Shown: one piece after another, positions 22,236 through 34,605 of the stretch
Layout: each line of letters opens with the position of its first letter
Position numbering within the stretch: the first letter of the stretch is position 1
Assembly: GCA_946965045.2 (NCBI GenBank)
Contig: OX337236.1
Location: 1,550,001-1,614,000, forward strand
Length of the DNA: 64,000 nt
Source: Epithemia pelagica
Taxonomy: Eukaryota > Protista > Bacillariophyta
Reading direction: 5' to 3'
Notes under the pieces: model-generated
What the model saw: only the letters and a program-made list of their open reading frames with translations
Database searches by the model: none
Told to the model about the DNA's origin: nothing
Position numbers and translations under genes: made by a program

Positions 22236-24688
22236 TCATACATCAGCAGAGATCTCATTCGACTCAGGAAGCTTCGGAATATGTTGTCCTACATCAACAC
22301 CAGTCTGTCCGGGCATTGAGCCATCATGCCCAAGATCGTCGGATCTCGAAGGCGCTTGTGTCGCCGCTTGCAACTGCGCAGCCAACGTCCCGCCCATGGG
22401 GCCCTGTAGAAAATTCAAATTTGTCAAATTTAAGGCAGCTGAAGAGGGGGCTTGGCCAGATTGCTGGCTTTGTTGTTGCATGAGTGATCCCGATTGTAGC
22501 GCTTCTTGAAGCTTCATAAAAGCCGAGTTGTCAAGACTCGGCGCTGTAGTTTCCGAACCGCCAGTGGACACCGGCGGGGGAATTCCCGAGTTGTTCATTG
22601 GGGGATTTGGCGCATTCGTCTGGGGAGAGGTCATTCCCGATGTATCGTTTGGCTGAAACTGGGACTGACTCATTGGTCCATTGCCATTGTTTGCATCGAC
22701 GTTGGACAAACCAGAACCGTTGGAGGGTCCGCCATTTTGAAGCGATCCCTGAAGACTGGCTAGAGCACTATAACCGGGTGCCGCTGTCGCCAACCCTGTA
22801 TTCCCAGTCGAAAGGCCCAAACTCGTTAGCGTCTGTGCACTGTTGTTGTCCGCCACACCCCCTGCAGAACGAGGTAACATAGACCCGTGACCCGATTCTT
22901 CTTTCTTCGGTGACTCTTCTACTAGGCCTTGAAAAGCATGCTCTGGTTTCATGCTGGGTTCCTGCTCTCTAAGATCTTCTGATATTTTGTGTATTTGTTT
23001 GTCATCCCCGTCGCTATCCTCTGTCGGAGCTTTCTCCCCTTTCCGAATGCGCTTCATCTTTAGGCAGGCTTGTGGATAATCACGTAAGAAAAGCTCATGA
23101 AAATAGCTATTGTGGTCATTTCCAGACACGATGCGTGAAAAACCCCATCCATTCACTGTTAAAGGCGATCCCATGCATTACAACAAGGACAATTGAATGA
23201 GTGGAACAGCAGAAGAAGCATGGCAAAACCATCCGTCAACAAACCTACCTTGCCGCATAAAAGAAGCATACTTAGCGTGCCTAAAAAAACAGAAAGGAAA
23301 CGTCAGTCTCCGACTCTTGATGTTTCATTCGATGGTATACCATGTTTGACGTACCGGAAGTATAGTGGTATTACAAGCTGCTCAAAGACAGGAGGTTTCA
23401 GGATTCGCCAAGAGCGTCCATGCGGATTCCAGCATATGCATTCCTGAAATTCGGGGTTTGACAATATTTGATGCAATTTGAGCGGGAAGGGCGGTTCCTT
23501 CTTGCCCTTTCCTGCAAAGGGTTCTGCCCAGTCTGCCTGATTTGGTTTCGTAACCGTAGGTGCCACAGGAGCATTGGTCTTGGCATCTGCCTTCATTGCT
23601 CCAAGACCCGCCGCAATGATTGGATTCGTTGACGTTGATTGATTCGTCTGCGTCATTCCATTCATACCCAAAAATCCCATGGCAGGATTGGCACCGGCAT
23701 TGGCCGCAGCCATACCAAGAGCGGCCATTGGATTGGTTCCACCCATGGAACCTAAACCCCCGAATTGAGACATCATCATGGGATTGGCCAGCCCCGCCAG
23801 CATGAGCGGATTGCTCATAATGGAAGCTCCTGGTTGCTGCATGCCCGCAAAGGCTAGATTCGGTGGTAAACCCGCAGCCATCAATTGCTGCGCAACTTGC
23901 AATTGCTGCAATTGTTGGAGATTGAAACCCATGTTACTGCCCATTGCGGCGGCCATAATCGCATTTTGGTTCAATCCAGCCATTGCGTTCATGGCCGCAT
24001 TCTGAAATTGGTTTCCGTCTTGTTGCTGTTGTTGACCAGAGGATTCTTGTTGTTGTTGCTGCTGCTGTTGTGTTTGTAGATGATCCTGCTCGTCTGTCGG
24101 AGAGGGGGTTTGTTGTCCTTTCATGTGGGGTGGATGAGCTGGCATGTTTGGCTTTGGCAATGTTTGGTGTTGTTGTTGTTGTTGCAGTAACGAAGGATTC
24201 GTACCATTCATTTGCTGTTGTTGTTGGTCCGAAAGCTGTTGATGTTGTTGCTGTGTTTGAGGCGATTGGAGACCAGAATGATTCGCCTCACCAAGACCCT
24301 GTGTTCCCGCCACTGCATTGGACATGCCTTGTTGCAACGCGTTCACGTGCTGTTGAAATGGCGTGGTACCCACGAGTAGAGGTACCTGGCCCGGATGAGG
24401 TAGGCTCGATCCATTCATCATCCCTTGTGGCAGACCCGCATTGGAATTATAGTTCAGTGATGTCATGTGATTCTGAATAGCCCCTCCTCCCCCCATCAAA
24501 TTGGACTCATTACCTCCACCGTTTCCCATCAGATGCTGTTGTTGTTGCTGCGATTGCTGATGTTCATCCGGTTGCTGACTATGAGCCTGCGATAGTGTTT
24601 GCTGTGGTGGCATTGATCCTTGTGGCACCGACTGCGAAGAACTGGTATCTAACATCTGTCCAGCAAGTCCTGAACTATACTGATCCAT
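22236..24688 (-). CDS. Heat-shock transcription factor (HSF DNA-binding domain), 3 exons
   Basis: PFPLKLHQILS..CWNPHGRSW..VIPLYFR|HAKYASFMRQ|VNGWGF..YFHELFLRD after removing GT-AG introns 23281-23354 and 23156-23248; long Q/M/N-rich N-terminus. Confidence 0.92.
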
Positions 24689-25551
24689 GTCGGTGTCAAC
24701 CCAATCCGAACCTTGTCAACGCCGCTGTAGCCAAAATAGTTGATTTGATGGATATCGAGAATCGAGATGCACCAACACAACAACGTCAATCGTCAATATA
24801 CTTTTGTTTATTTGCAAAAGCGATTGTGTGAGGAAAGAGGATGATGGTCACAATAAAATTTTGATCTCTTCTCTCTTTTCTGAACATCAAATAGGGGTTT
24901 GTTTCTGTTGTTTCTGAAATGGAAGTGTTTTTGCGCGGTTCTTTCGAGATGCCAGAGAAGTCAGAAACAGGCCAGAAATCGTTGACAGAAGAAGAGAAAC
25001 AGATTGCGGGAGAAAAGCCGGGATAAAGACGCCCATCGTGGTACGACTTTCGATTTTGCCTTTCTGATTCCACTTCTCATCGTTTCATGTCGAGTTTTAA
25101 ATTGTATCAATTTCAACGAAATTTGGTTCTTACATCTCGGTAGTAAAACGGGAAACTCGCGCGCGCGCTACAGAAGGGATAATACAATCCTTATCCGGAA
25201 CAAAGATGCTAAAAGTGTCAAGGGTACTATTGCCAGCCATGCGTTTCCGCCTTCCTATAAGTAGAAGTGACGGCAAGAAAATGTGGCGGAAAGTCATACG
25301 GAAAGCGGGATGTCGTGGCATCAACATTCCACGTTCTGTCAAGATCAAGACCATCACCGGCTCGAAAGCTCGACTAGTCCGCGACCGGTAAAAACCAGTC
25401 GCTTCTGAGGTCTGTCCCGAGTCCCGAGTTCCATTTTCTACGGGATACACCTACCTCTAGGAGTAGCTCCATTAAAATAGTGTGATGTCTACGACAATGA
25501 ACGGCTTCATGAATCATGTTTTCTGGGGCAGAACCATTCTGATGACCCAAG

Positions 25552-25696
25552 GTTTCGATCGTGATGTGTCTGTGTGTCTTTGTCGAGTTTCCAGAATGTT
25601 TTCTCGGCGCAACCCTTGCAGGTTGTCCTTGTGCATATATCAATGGGAGTTGAGCGACAAAGTCTGTTGCGTGAAGCCTCCTGTTGGTCACCTATA
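25552..25696 (+). repeat. Imperfect direct repeat, copy 1 (downstream of PLD-domain gene)
   Basis: GTTTCGATCGTGATGTGTC..GAATGTTTTCTCGGCGCAA..GAGCGACAAAGTCTGTTG.GTGAAGCCTCCTGTTGGTCACCTATA; has an ~25-bp insertion relative to copy 2. Confidence 0.9.
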
Positions 25697-25843
25697 CCGC
25701 ATGGTACAGCGACCAACCCTCTGTCTGTTATTCGCCCGTGCCGCTTTGCGGGTGGACAACGGCGACGATCATTCCCGAAGTGTACCCTCCCACGACACCC
25801 CGACCGGTCCTACACACCGACGGCGGCCAAATAGTAATGAAAG

Positions 25844-26635
25844 TTAATCCATCCCAAACTTACCGTCGCTGCCATTTTGTTGAAGCTCTTCTGCCGTCCG
25901 TTTCTTTCTGTCTTTTGGTTCCTCGGGCTTTAAAGGCACTGTTTTGTCCCAAACAGACGTGAAGATTTTATGATACATATCCAACATTTCCTTGTCTTCG
26001 AACACCAGACCGTCTTCGCCGTGATGATATCGTGATCCATATGTGTAGTCATAGGAACCCGTCATCCCTGCCGTGGCGGTAATAATTGTCTTGGAGTGCA
26101 TAAGCTTCCCTGGCCGTTGTGGTGTGTGGCATATACCATACTCGTGAATTGCCAAACGTTCGACAGCTTCGTAGCGAGCACGACTATGCCCGATGAAGCG
26201 CTGCAACTCAGTTTTATTCATAGCGTCAGGGCCAAAAATGATTTTGATCTGTAGGTCGCTTCCTCCATCTGCCTCGCTTTTGGCGTAATGCGCGAGATGG
26301 TCGATCACACTAAAGTCGGAAAAGTATGGCATCGAAACAAAAACCTCGGATTTGATGGGTGCTTCCTTCAATAAATGGACAAAGGCAACCAAGGGATGCG
26401 CGTCGTGGGCGTAACTCTCGTGATTTCTACCTCGGCGATACGTGTGAACCACGAGCGGACGTTTGGTTGACAACTGCACGGCAGATTCCTCGCCATTACG
26501 GAACCACTTTTGGGAAATGAAATGGCCTTCATCCAGCCATTCAATAGCATCCTGCATCTCGTGCTCGTAGCGCATATCAATAAATCTTTCAGGGGCTGTC
26601 GCCCAGTCATCTTCACAGTCCAAGTCTTGTGCCAT
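25844..26635 (-). CDS. Single-HKD phospholipase-D/nuclease-like (Nuc/Zucchini-type fold) protein
   Basis: VFVSMPYFSD, MHSKTIIT..MTGSYDYT..HGEDGLVFED resemble HxK(x4)D..GSxN..E; first ATG at 26635, while the ORF-track start at 26890 is GTG. Confidence 0.72.
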   Translation of the reverse strand: MAQDLDCEDDWATAPERFIDMRYEHEMQDAIEWLDEGHFISQKWFRNGEESAVQLSTKRPLVVHTYRRGRNHESYAHDAHPLVAFVHLLKEAPIKSEVFVSMPYFSDFSVIDHLAHYAKSEADGGSDLQIKIIFGPDAMNKTELQRFIGHSRARYEAVERLAIHEYGICHTPQRPGKLMHSKTIITATAGMTGSYDYTYGSRYHHGEDGLVFEDKEMLDMYHKIFTSVWDKTVPLKPEEPKDRKKRTAEELQQNGSDGKFGMD

Positions 26636-27025
26636 GGTAGCAAGAGCAGTTCTGGTAGTGGTTGCTTCTTTCAGAACTGTTTCTGTTACTGCTGTTATGG
26701 TAACCGAGGAGGCGAAGCTCAGCTGGTTGGGCTGGTGTGGGTCGTTTAAACAGATCGTCGTTCTCGTTCTCCGTTGACTGTTGACCGCGACGGGCCGTCT
26801 GTCATTGTCATTGTCATACAGTGGTGCATCGCATTGGCTAACCTTCGCTCCATCCAGTCCCGGTCGTTCGTGGCTCAACGTGAGTCTCACGAGTAGTACA
26901 TAGGCCTGGTAGTTTCACCCAAAACCCACACCAACACTCCTACTCCTATGAAGTATTATGCTACTCGTACTCCACATGGTCGAACAAGACAAAACGCTCG
27001 TTCATCTCCCATCGACCATGTAGAA

Positions 27026-27145
27026 GTTTCGATCGTGATGTGTCGGTGTGTCTTTGTCGAGTTGCCCGAATGTTTTCTCGGCGCAATATCACTGGGATTC
27101 GAGCGACAAAGTCTGTTGAGTGAAGCCTCCTGTTGGTCACCTATA
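27026..27145 (+). repeat. Imperfect direct repeat, copy 2 (upstream of PLD-domain gene)
   Basis: Long identical blocks shared with 25552-25696. Confidence 0.9.
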
Positions 27146-28120
27146 TCGCAATCGCAATGAACAGGATTCGCTACTCTAGAGAGAAACTAGGAAGACCACC
27201 TATATACCTATGCATCTTTATGCGTAGGTTTAGGTTGGTGGGAGGGATCCCGTGCTGGCCATGCTGGTACCATGCAAAGCGTATTCCCGTTGTCCAGGAC
27301 ACAGTTGTAGACACCAAGGTTCACATGTGATTCCATTCTATTACATTGGATTGATATGTCGATTGTAGGGAAAAGGTATCAATTAGCATGCCATACGACA
27401 ACCCTAAGTGTTGGATCACATCGGGGCCTAGAGGATCCATATCAGGGCCCCGGTCCTGGTGCAAAGGATTGAGTAACCACGACGGCTATTTGTGTTCGTT
27501 GCATCCCCTACACATTCCAATTCGTTCCATGGCCCATGAAATGATGTCAGGATGAGAATCTGAAAGAGTTCTCAGATACGGGGTTCTGGGTGATGATGAT
27601 TCGGCATGGAAAGAATGGATATCTACAGTCTACGCAGTTTTGCTACTGTCTGCTCGCCTCTTTTGAATGAAAGGATCTTGTATCTTGTGCTCTTCGGATT
27701 TTGAACGGTGCATCTATTCGGATTTCGATCGCGGATCGCGGAGATCTGCTTCCGTGTCTTAATGCAACGTCGACTCTCTGGGGGGCGAAAAAAGTTATAC
27801 GACTGATATTCAGGGGTGTATAAGAAGAGGAGAACGATTCCACTCAATGGGCAGAGCACAAACAAACCGGTTAGATGCCCCCACTTTAATAAGGGGTCAA
27901 AAAACCATTTTCGTTCGAGGCATGGTGACGACGTCGCTGTCGCTCCTGTTTCATCATCATCTTTCTGTGTGGCCACGTCTGCCGTGTGCCAGTCTGTTTT
28001 CGCGGACCACATCCGACCTCGTATTGGCCAATATCCCACACATGCTCACATTTTGGTCTAAAGGACACGTGGTGCAAAAACATTTTATCATATTCTATCG
28101 TTCATAAGAACTTGCACACC

Positions 28121-29539
28121 ATGGGCAAAGGAGGAAACGCCGTACCAGTCGAGAGAAAGATCTCCTGGACTGAAGTCCAACAGCACCGAACGCCTGAGGA
28201 TGCTTGGGTTGTCTACAAGGAAAAGGTCTACGATGTGTCCAACTGGCATGAACATCCAGGTGGCGGTGTGATCTTCACACATGCGGGAGACGATATGACT
28301 GATATCTTTGCCGCATTCCACGCTCCTGGATCTCAAAACTTGATGAAGAAGTTCTACATTGGAGACGTGATTGCCGATACGATCCCCAAAACGGAACAAC
28401 AACTCGCATTCGAGAAAGGATACCGAGAACTCCGATCTCAACTTGTGATGATGGGTCTCTTCAAGTCGGACAAACTGTTCTACGCTTACAAGTGCCTCAG
28501 CACTCTTTTGCTTTGGGTTGTTCCATGCTACATTGTTCACATCTCGGATAGCACATTGGTTCACATGGCGTGTGCCTTTTGCATTGGTCTTTTGTTCCAA
28601 CAATGTGGATGGTTGGCTCATGACTTTATTCACCACCAAGTTTTCCGCTACCGCAAATACGGAGACTTGGCTGGTATCTTCTGGGGCAACTTTTTGCAAG
28701 GATACTCTGTGCAATGGTGGAAAAATAAGCACAATGGTCATCATGCTGTGCCCAATCTTCACAGTTCCTCGGCTCTCAGCCAAGATGGTGACCCGGATAT
28801 TGATACTATGCCCTTGCTTGCCTGGAGTTTGAAACAAGCCCAGTCTTACCGTGAGCTCTCCAAAGATGGCAAAGACTCCCCCGTTGTCCGCTTCCTTGTA
28901 CGCAACCAGGCTCTCTTCTACTTCCCGATCTTGTTGTTGGCCCGCTTGTCTTGGATGAACGAGTCCTTCAAGTTCGCGTTTGGCCTTGGAGCCGCCTCGG
29001 AAAACGCTGCCCAAGAGCAAAAGTTGAAGGGGCTCATGTACCCTCGTCTTGAACGTGGTGCCATTTTGCTTCACTACGCCTGGATGTTCGCAGTGTCCTC
29101 TGGATATGGAACCTTTGGTATTGGCAAGTCCATTGCATTTTTCATGATGTCTACTTGCTCGTGCGGTTTGTTGTTGGCTTTGGTGTTCGGATTGGGACAC
29201 AACGGCATGGCCACATATGACGCCGATGCCCGCCCTGATTTTTGGAAGCTCCAAGTTACCACCACCCGAAATGTCATTGGAGGCCACGGTTTTCCTCAAG
29301 CCTTTGTGGATTGGTTCTGCGGTGGACTTCAGTTCCAAGTGGACCACCACTTGTTCCCCACCCTTCCTCGTCACAATCTGCGAAAGGCTCATGCATTGGT
29401 CGAATCGTTTTGCAAAGAATGGGGTGTCAAATACCATGAGGCCGATCTTGTGGACGGTACGATTGAAGTTTTGAACCATTTGAACAATGTGTCCAACGAA
29501 TTTGTTTTGGACTTTGTGAAGGATGGCCCTACCATGTAA
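28121..29539 (+). CDS. Front-end delta-6 fatty acid desaturase
   Basis: Cytochrome b5 HPGG and His boxes HDFIHH, HNGHH, QVDHH. N-terminus MGKGG..RKISW.EV..H..PEDAW..KVYDVSNWHEHPGG closely resembles the Phaeodactylum D6 enzyme as I recall it. Confidence 0.92.
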   Translation: MGKGGNAVPVERKISWTEVQQHRTPEDAWVVYKEKVYDVSNWHEHPGGGVIFTHAGDDMTDIFAAFHAPGSQNLMKKFYIGDVIADTIPKTEQQLAFEKGYRELRSQLVMMGLFKSDKLFYAYKCLSTLLLWVVPCYIVHISDSTLVHMACAFCIGLLFQQCGWLAHDFIHHQVFRYRKYGDLAGIFWGNFLQGYSVQWWKNKHNGHHAVPNLHSSSALSQDGDPDIDTMPLLAWSLKQAQSYRELSKDGKDSPVVRFLVRNQALFYFPILLLARLSWMNESFKFAFGLGAASENAAQEQKLKGLMYPRLERGAILLHYAWMFAVSSGYGTFGIGKSIAFFMMSTCSCGLLLALVFGLGHNGMATYDADARPDFWKLQVTTTRNVIGGHGFPQAFVDWFCGGLQFQVDHHLFPTLPRHNLRKAHALVESFCKEWGVKYHEADLVDGTIEVLNHLNNVSNEFVLDFVKDGPTM

Positions 29540-30422
29540 ATACATTAGATTCACCATATTATATTAAGTTCAGTAGAGGCAGATGATACGGATTGTCGGT
29601 CGTATGTCATAGGAGTAGCTAAGTTGCTTTAAAAAGTCTGAAAGATACTCTCGGGAGTTGAAGGTATCAGTAGCTTCTAGCTACCCGCACTTTTCTTTCG
29701 AATTGCACTGGTTATGGTAGGCCAAGGAAGTAACACTTCCGAAGGTAAGAAATCCCTTGGACGTGAAAATGACGTTGAGGCTTGCTTCAAACGGCATGTC
29801 CGAGCTTGCTTTTGACGAACGCAATCAATTGATGAAGAGGGAAAAGAAACAAAGCTATCCCTCGATCGAGACCAATGCTTGGATGATGCATTGTTTAGCA
29901 GAGCATGTTTGGGATCGTGAAAATCTGCTTGATCTTGGCACCCGTAACCCAACCTAAGAATTCTTCCAATAGATGATCCCTGTTGCTTCCTTGCCTTTCC
30001 ACGTTCTTTCGTTTGAGATCTCCAGTGTGGAATGCCCTTTCTTTCACCATAACAAAGTTCCCATTAAGAGTTGAAAAGGAGAAGAAAAGAAACGTTACTC
30101 GTTAGTCTTTCCTGATTGGAGTATCACAGAGTGTAGCTTGTAGAGTCGTCTCGCCCATTCGAAATATGTGTCGTTGCAGCATCCTAAGAGAGTTCGACAT
30201 GTGATATGGTTGAAAATATGAGTCCAAAGATTAGATTACTTAAATTGTTACCGTGTTTCGAAAACTAATGACCATGCAATGAGACCATTCCAAAAAGTAT
30301 CCAAAAAATGGTCTCTCCACAGAAGAAGATTTGTGCGTGAGTGTGCGATTGAATCGGTGCCGTCGTCGTAGAAATATCGTGAGGAGGGGAGGCTAGGCCA
30401 AAATTCATCCTGGGTGTACCAT

Positions 30423-31322
30423 TTAGTCGGTCCACAACTTGCCACTGGGGTAAATGGTGTTGAGAGTGGACTGCGCAGCCAAAAAGCCCATGGCAGTGGA
30501 GGATCCAGCAATGCAGGATCCAACCATGTCAGGAGTACCATCCTTGATGCCGACCACGTCGATCAACCAGTTCTGAGTGGGAAGGTAGGCGGCGTCGGTT
30601 CCGACAAAAAAGGCCGTAGCACCTCCAATGGCCGTCGAAAGAGAGGCATCCGTCTTTTGGTTGTCAAAAGTGGGCTCTTCAATGTAGGTCAAAGGACCAC
30701 TGAGGATCGAACGTCCAACTCTCAAACCGAGGTAGAAGGCCACACCACAACCTGCCCATGTACCAAAAAAGACAGAGTTGAAAGGCAAGTTGGCACCTTG
30801 GAGGACATTCACCAAAGGCTGCCATGCAGTTCCGGAGCAAAAGGCGGCAGAGCCGAGCAAAATTCCGGTGTGCAATTCTTGAGTGAGGTTGATCTCAGAG
30901 TCGTAAACAGCCTTCTTGATTCCGTAGTATCCAACGTGACCGGCCAATACACCCAAAGCATCACCAAGTCCAGTGGTCACGGCAAAGTTGAACGAGTCGC
31001 CAGCATATCCCCATCCGTCGGCAACAACCGAGGCCGTTTGCCAGCCGAATCCAGCTGGGAAGATCTTGGATACGATCACTTCGCCAGTGTAGGTGAAACG
31101 GTCCAACACCGACGTGGTCTTGGCAGCTTCGGGCGCAGCTTCCGAGGCAGTGGCGTCGGCAGGTCGGACCGCCGATGAGTGGAATTGCCGACGGTCATCT
31201 TCTTCCTTCTTCTTGTTGTTCATGGGAGCCATGGACGAAGTTGAGCGAATGACAATGCCATTGCTACGACGAGCCAAGGCGGCGAGCATGGGACTACGAC
31301 GAAAGGCGACGGAGGAAATCAT
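30423..31322 (-). CDS. Conserved algal membrane protein of unknown function with probable mitochondrial transit peptide
   Basis: Arg/Ser-rich acid-poor N-terminus ending RRQFHSSA; Gly/Ala-rich hydrophobic body (EVIVSKIFPAGFGWQ); host-like codon usage. Confidence 0.75.
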   Translation of the reverse strand: MISSVAFRRSPMLAALARRSNGIVIRSTSSMAPMNNKKKEEDDRRQFHSSAVRPADATASEAAPEAAKTTSVLDRFTYTGEVIVSKIFPAGFGWQTASVVADGWGYAGDSFNFAVTTGLGDALGVLAGHVGYYGIKKAVYDSEINLTQELHTGILLGSAAFCSGTAWQPLVNVLQGANLPFNSVFFGTWAGCGVAFYLGLRVGRSILSGPLTYIEEPTFDNQKTDASLSTAIGGATAFFVGTDAAYLPTQNWLIDVVGIKDGTPDMVGSCIAGSSTAMGFLAAQSTLNTIYPSGKLWTD

Positions 31323-32103
31323 TGTCACGGATGGAATGTTTTGAACTGTTGGAAGATATGAGCAACGGATTGGATCGAACCAGTGTTAGATTTATGACAA
31401 TATCTTGTTTGTGCAATGTCACGCAAAAGAGCCAACGGCAGCCAAAGCAAGATCGCAAGTTTTCGTGGCTCCGAGGTTACCTACCTACGGCAACTTGTCT
31501 TTTTGAGCTCCTTTGATGTGTGTCTCGCTCGTCGACGAGATTGCTTGTCGTCGATTTCCTCTGCGCAAGTTACAAGTAATGGTGTCTTGGACGCAACCAA
31601 GACATTTTGGAATACAACTCTGACGTTGCTACTCCTCTTCGTTTTCCCCCCATGCCGAAACTTCCGTCATCTCAACACGAAGTTTGCAAGAATCTTGGTC
31701 GCCCGAACAAATCGGTCACACAACCCATCATCTCCATATCCTCTTTGCTGTTTCGGTTATTCGATTTTCTATGAATGAATCACCACTCGATATTTCGTCA
31801 GCCTCTTGGTATTGTTGTCACGCGCGTCACAGATCCCATGATTGCTGAGACATGGACCGAAAGATTTTTCGTATTCAGTTCTCAAGAGTATATCGCCGGT
31901 CTCGGTATGAAGAATAGACGCGCGATTACACGTCACGTGACGCGGCAACGCGCAAAATACGTAAGAAATACGAGTAATAGACTCCGTACGAAAATGCAAT
32001 TGCGTTTGCGTTCTCCCTTTCTTTCTTTTTCGCGTTCCGATTTCGCTTTTCGGCTTTGACGAGTCAGTTCCACTGTACAGATTTCTGTATTCTGTTCTAC
32101 TCG

Positions 32104-32133
32104 TACAAGCTGGTTCGAGACGAAACCTGCATG
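32104..32133 (+). repeat. Left TA TSD and 28-bp TIR of the large Tc1/mariner-type element
   Basis: TA+CAAGCTGGTTCGAGACGAAACCTGCATG read directly. Confidence 0.93.
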
Positions 32134-32450
32134 GCCTAAATAGTGTCGGAAAAACTAACAATAAAGTAGGACTACACTTTAGCCGACAGTTTCCTAGCGT
32201 TCTGGTTTGCCTTCGGGTTTTTAGGTTACGAGCTTGCCCTCACATTTTGTCACGCATTTCATTCAAAAAGCAAATATCGATAACGATTAGTGACCGCTTC
32301 CCATGACGATGGCCGTCGTAGGCCCTTCGATGCGACACCACCCCTCCAGACTTTTAGTATAGGTGTAATATAACAATGCTAGAACGGTGGTGTCGCATCA
32401 AACGACCTGCATCTCGTGTTATACCAGTAGTTACTAGCTAGTAGTGCTTT

Positions 32451-34554
32451 GCAACCTGAAACAACAGCAGCCGAAGACGAAGAAGAAGAAGAGAGTCGCC
32501 GTCATCCTCCCAACCCTTGCAACCTGAGACAACAGCAGCCGAAGACGAAGAAAAAGAGAGTCGCTGTCATCCTCCCAACCCTTGCAACCTGAAACAACAG
32601 CAGCCGAAGAAGAAGAAGAAGAAGAAGAAGAAGAAGAAGAAGAAGAAGAAGAAGAAGAAGAAGAAGAAGAAGAAGAAAAAGAAGAAAAAGAAGAAAAAGA
32701 AGAAAAAGAAGAAAAAGAAGAAAAAGAAGAAGAAGAAGAAGAAGAAGACGAGAGTCGCCGCCATGCTCCCAACCCTTCTTGCAACCTGACACAACAGCAG
32801 CCAAAGAAGAAGAAGACGAGAGTCGCCATCATCCTCCCAACCCTTCTTGCAACCTGAAACAACAGCAGCCGAAGAAGAAGAAGAAGAGAGTCGCCGTCAT
32901 CCTCCCAATCCTTGCAACCTGAAACAACAGCAGCCGAAGAAGAAGAAGAAGAGAGTCGCCGTCATCCTCCCAACCCTTGCAACCTGAAACAACAGCAGCC
33001 GAAGAAGAAGAAGAAGAAAAAGAAGAAGAGAGTCGCCGTCATCCTCCCAACCCTTGCAACCTGAAACAACAGCAGCCGAAGAAGAAGAAGAAGAAGACGA
33101 GAGTCGCCATCATCCTCCCAACCCTTGCAACCTGAAACAACAGCAGCCGAAGAAGAAGAAGAAGAAGAAGAGAATCGCCGTCATCCTCCCAACCCTTGCA
33201 ACCTGAAACAACAGCAGCCGAAGACGAAGAAGAAGAAGAGAGTCGCCGTCATCCTCCCAACCCTTGCAACCTGAAACAACAGCAGCCGAAGACGAAGAAG
33301 AAGAAGACGAGAGTCGCCATCATCCTCCCAACCCTTGCAACCTGAAACAACAGCAGCCAAAGAAGAAGAAGAAGAAAAAGAAGAAGACGAGAGTCGCCGT
33401 CATCCTCCAAACCCTTGCAACCTGAAACAACAGCAGCCGAAGAAGAAGAAGAAGAAGACGAGAGTCGCCGTCATCCTCCCAACCCTTGCAACCTGAAACA
33501 ACAGCAGCCGAAGAAGAAGAAGAAGAAGAAGAAGAAGACGAGAGTCGCCGTCATCCTCCCAACCCTTGCAACCTGAAACAACAGCAGCCGAAGAAGAAGA
33601 AGAAGAAAAAGAAGAAGAGAGTCGCCGTCATCCTCCCAACCCTTGCAACCTGAAACAACAGCAGCCGAAGAAGAAGAAGAAGAAGAAGAAGAAGACGAGA
33701 GTCGCCGTCATCCTCCCAACCCTTGCAACCTGAAACAACAGCAGCCGAAGAAGAAGAAGAAGAAGAAGAGAATCGCCGTCATCCTCCCAACCCTTGCAAC
33801 CTGAAACAACAGCAGCCGAAGACGAAGAAGAAGAAGAGAGTCGCCGTCATCCTCCCAACCCTTGCAACCTGAAACAACAGCAGCCGAAGACGAAGAAGAA
33901 GAAGACGAGAGTCGCCATCATCCTCCCAACCCTTGCAACCTGAAACAACAGCAGCCAAAGAAGAAGAAGAAGAAAAAGAAGAAGAAGAGAGTCGCCGCCA
34001 TCCTCCCAACCCTTCTTGCGACCTGAAACAACAGCAGCCGAAGAAGAAGAAGACGAGAGTCGCCGTCATCCTCCCAACCCTTGCAACCTGAAACAACAGC
34101 AGCCGAAGAAGAAGAAGAAGAAGAAGAAGAAGAAGAAGAAGACGAGAGTCGCCGTCATCCTCCCAACCCTTGCAACCTGAAACAACAGCAGCCGAAGAAG
34201 AAGAAGAAGAAGAAGAAGAAGAAGACGAGAGTCGCCGTCATCCTCCCAACCCTTGCAACCTGAAACAACAGCAGCCGAAGAAGAAGAAGAGAATCGCCGT
34301 CATCCTCCCAACCCTTGCAACCTGAAACAACAGCAGCCGAAGGAGAAGAAGAACTGTCATCTTGTATCATTGCCGATCACCTCGTCTTTCCCCAGCAGCA
34401 GTAGCATTAACCACAACTACCTATAGTACAACAACTGCAAGAGTCGCCGTCATCCTCCCAACCCTTGCAGCCATCATCATCGTCATCCTCTGGAAGAACA
34501 GCAGCCAAAGAAGAAGAAGAGAGTCGCCGTCATCCTCCCAACCCTTGCAACAAC

Positions 34555-34605
<51 letters not shown>

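Noticed and set aside
28088-29557. 489-aa antisense ORF over the desaturase
   Set aside because: No motifs; it is in codon register with the sense gene and is explained by host codon bias. The same applies to antisense ORFs over the CBA1-like, SEC23, PsbP, GT and 30.4-31.3 kb genes.
32451-34345. CRISPR-like array (constant repeat with variable spacers)
   Set aside because: The spacers are only (GAA)n tracts of differing length, there are no cas genes and the context is eukaryotic; it is a compound minisatellite.
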